A DNA stretch of 62,966 bases, filler included, from Armatimonadota bacterium (GTDB lineage: Bacteria; Armatimonadota; Fimbriimonadia; Fimbriimonadales; Fimbriimonadaceae): the NCBI GenBank assembly GCA_031400935.1. It is 4 parts of 4 records of this genome, joined end to end, with 100 filler letters (N's around TTAATTAATTAA, not from the genome) between each part and the next. Parts side by side here need not be neighbours in the genome. Positions count along the whole stretch, not along the records: positions 58,925 to 62,966 come from JANNQV010000053.1; 3 more parts are not named here. One strand, given 5' to 3'. The notes under the pieces were generated by a model. That model was not told the DNA's origin and did not search any database. It saw only the letters and a program-made list of their open reading frames with translations. Every line of letters begins with the position of its first letter. The first letter of the stretch is position 1. This document shows positions 61,851 through 62,966 of this stretch, piece after piece. Position numbers and translations under genes: made by a program.

Positions 61851-62966
61851 ATGCCCCGGCAACCAACCGATCGCATATTTGGAGTCGAGACCGAATTCGG
61901 CACGCTAGTCGTATCTGAAGACCTCGAAAAACCCGAACATGCCGTCGAACTCATCAAAGAGTATGTCTTCGATGAACTGAAGCTTGGTGCAATTGACCTT
62001 CACTCGCGCGACGACGTTTTTGAGCCCGAACGCTCCGGTGGCTTCCTTAGAAACGGCGGCCGCATGTACATTGATGCCGTTGGCTCACACCTCGAATACG
62101 CTACCCCAGAATGCCGTTCTCTAAAGGACCTGGTAGCAACAGACCGAGCAGGCCAACAGATCATTGTGAGAGCCATCCGCGACCTTGGCTTTTCTGATTT
62201 TGTAAATGTTTACAATAACTCGATAGACCATTTCGGCGGGCACACGTTTGGATGCCATGAAAACTACTCTGTTCAAGCCTCTGAAGAGCTTTTCAACTCT
62301 GATGTGAATGGCCTTTACTCCTTCCTTGTTACAAGACAAATTTTTGCCGGGGTTGGCAGAGTTGGCGGACATATTTTGACTACAGATCGAATCCTGCCCG
62401 ACATCCAGGAAGTGCGAGACAACCCGATTGACTATATCTGGGTTTCAAGGGTTTACGGAGTTGAAAACGATCCTACAGTTGCCTTTCAGCTCAGCCAACG
62501 ATCTGACCATATACTCAAAACAATTGCCAGCCGCGTTCGGTTCAATCGTGCCCTCATTAACCCAAAATGGGAGCATTTTTACGCTCACGACGGCTTGACG
62601 AGGTTGCATTTGCTGTTTGGCGAATCAAATCAGAACCAATACGCCTATGCGCTCAAAATCGGAACGACTTCCCTTGTGGTTCAACTTATGGAAGACCACG
62701 CCATTCCCAATGGCCTTGAACTGCATCATCCCCTAATTGCCCTTCGCGAGGTCAGCCGTGATCCTAAATTCAAATGGATTGTTGATTTGGCTGATGGCAC
62801 CAATAGTTCAGCAATTGAAATACAAAGAAAGTACTTGCAGGCTTGCCAAATATATTCGGGTGCGAACGATCAGGTGGACTGGGTTTTACGAGAATGGGAA
62901 TCAGTTCTTGATGGACTAGAAACCGACCCAATGGCGATGGGAGACCGAATTGACTGGGTTGCCAAA
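61851..62966 (+). CDS. pafA: PafA-family (Pup/UBact) protein ligase, 3' truncated
   Basis: Not in the ORF track. My translation gives MPRQPTDRIFGVETEFG...FLRNGGRMYIDAVGSHLEYATPEC...GHTFGCHENY...FLVTRQIFAGVG...FQLSQR...RLHLLFGESN...LKIGTT...IDWVAK. Confidence 0.9.
   Translation, partial: MPRQPTDRIFGVETEFGTLVVSEDLEKPEHAVELIKEYVFDELKLGAIDLHSRDDVFEPERSGGFLRNGGRMYIDAVGSHLEYATPECRSLKDLVATDRAGQQIIVRAIRDLGFSDFVNVYNNSIDHFGGHTFGCHENYSVQASEELFNSDVNGLYSFLVTRQIFAGVGRVGGHILTTDRILPDIQEVRDNPIDYIWVSRVYGVENDPTVAFQLSQRSDHILKTIASRVRFNRALINPKWEHFYAHDGLTRLHLLFGESNQNQYAYALKIGTTSLVVQLMEDHAIPNGLELHHPLIALREVSRDPKFKWIVDLADGTNSSAIEIQRKYLQACQIYSGANDQVDWVLREWESVLDGLETDPMAMGDRIDWVAK

Overview
Scaffold-style window made of four contigs joined by N-runs that carry a TTAATTAATTAA spacer (18571-18670, 34529-34628, 58825-58924), so gene order across gaps is not evidence. 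Gene content (PEP-CTERM proteins, a PafA-family ligase, WaaA-like Kdo transferase, CIRCE-groESL, many short intergenic tandem and palindromic repeats) suggests a diderm bacterium such as Armatimonadota/Fimbriimonadaceae (inference). Most of it is housekeeping or metabolic DNA: murJ, thiolase, ilvC, surE, groES/groEL start, ccmF/ccmE, dus, aspS, obgE-nadD-rsfS, an E2 acyltransferase, phhA, ProDH, two intact tRNAs, 5S and 23S rRNA. Accessory DNA includes the edge of a tRNA-Thr-integrated element, an IS1595 transposase, a VapBC-like pair with an amber-interrupted toxin, and a hypothetical-gene patch with a 21-bp array and a PD-(D/E)xK-like nuclease. The most notable observations are these. (1) The 23S A-loop helix H92 departs from the near-universal sequence. 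(2) The 23S appears chimeric. (3) There is a bacterial translin/TRAX-like gene with the acidic catalytic motifs. (4) Intergenic repeat-like DNA sits in-frame inside murJ, E2 and waaA. (5) An ECF sigma / anti-sigma / catalytically dead HtrA operon is present. (6) A Pup/UBact-type ligase that the ORF track missed starts at the right end.
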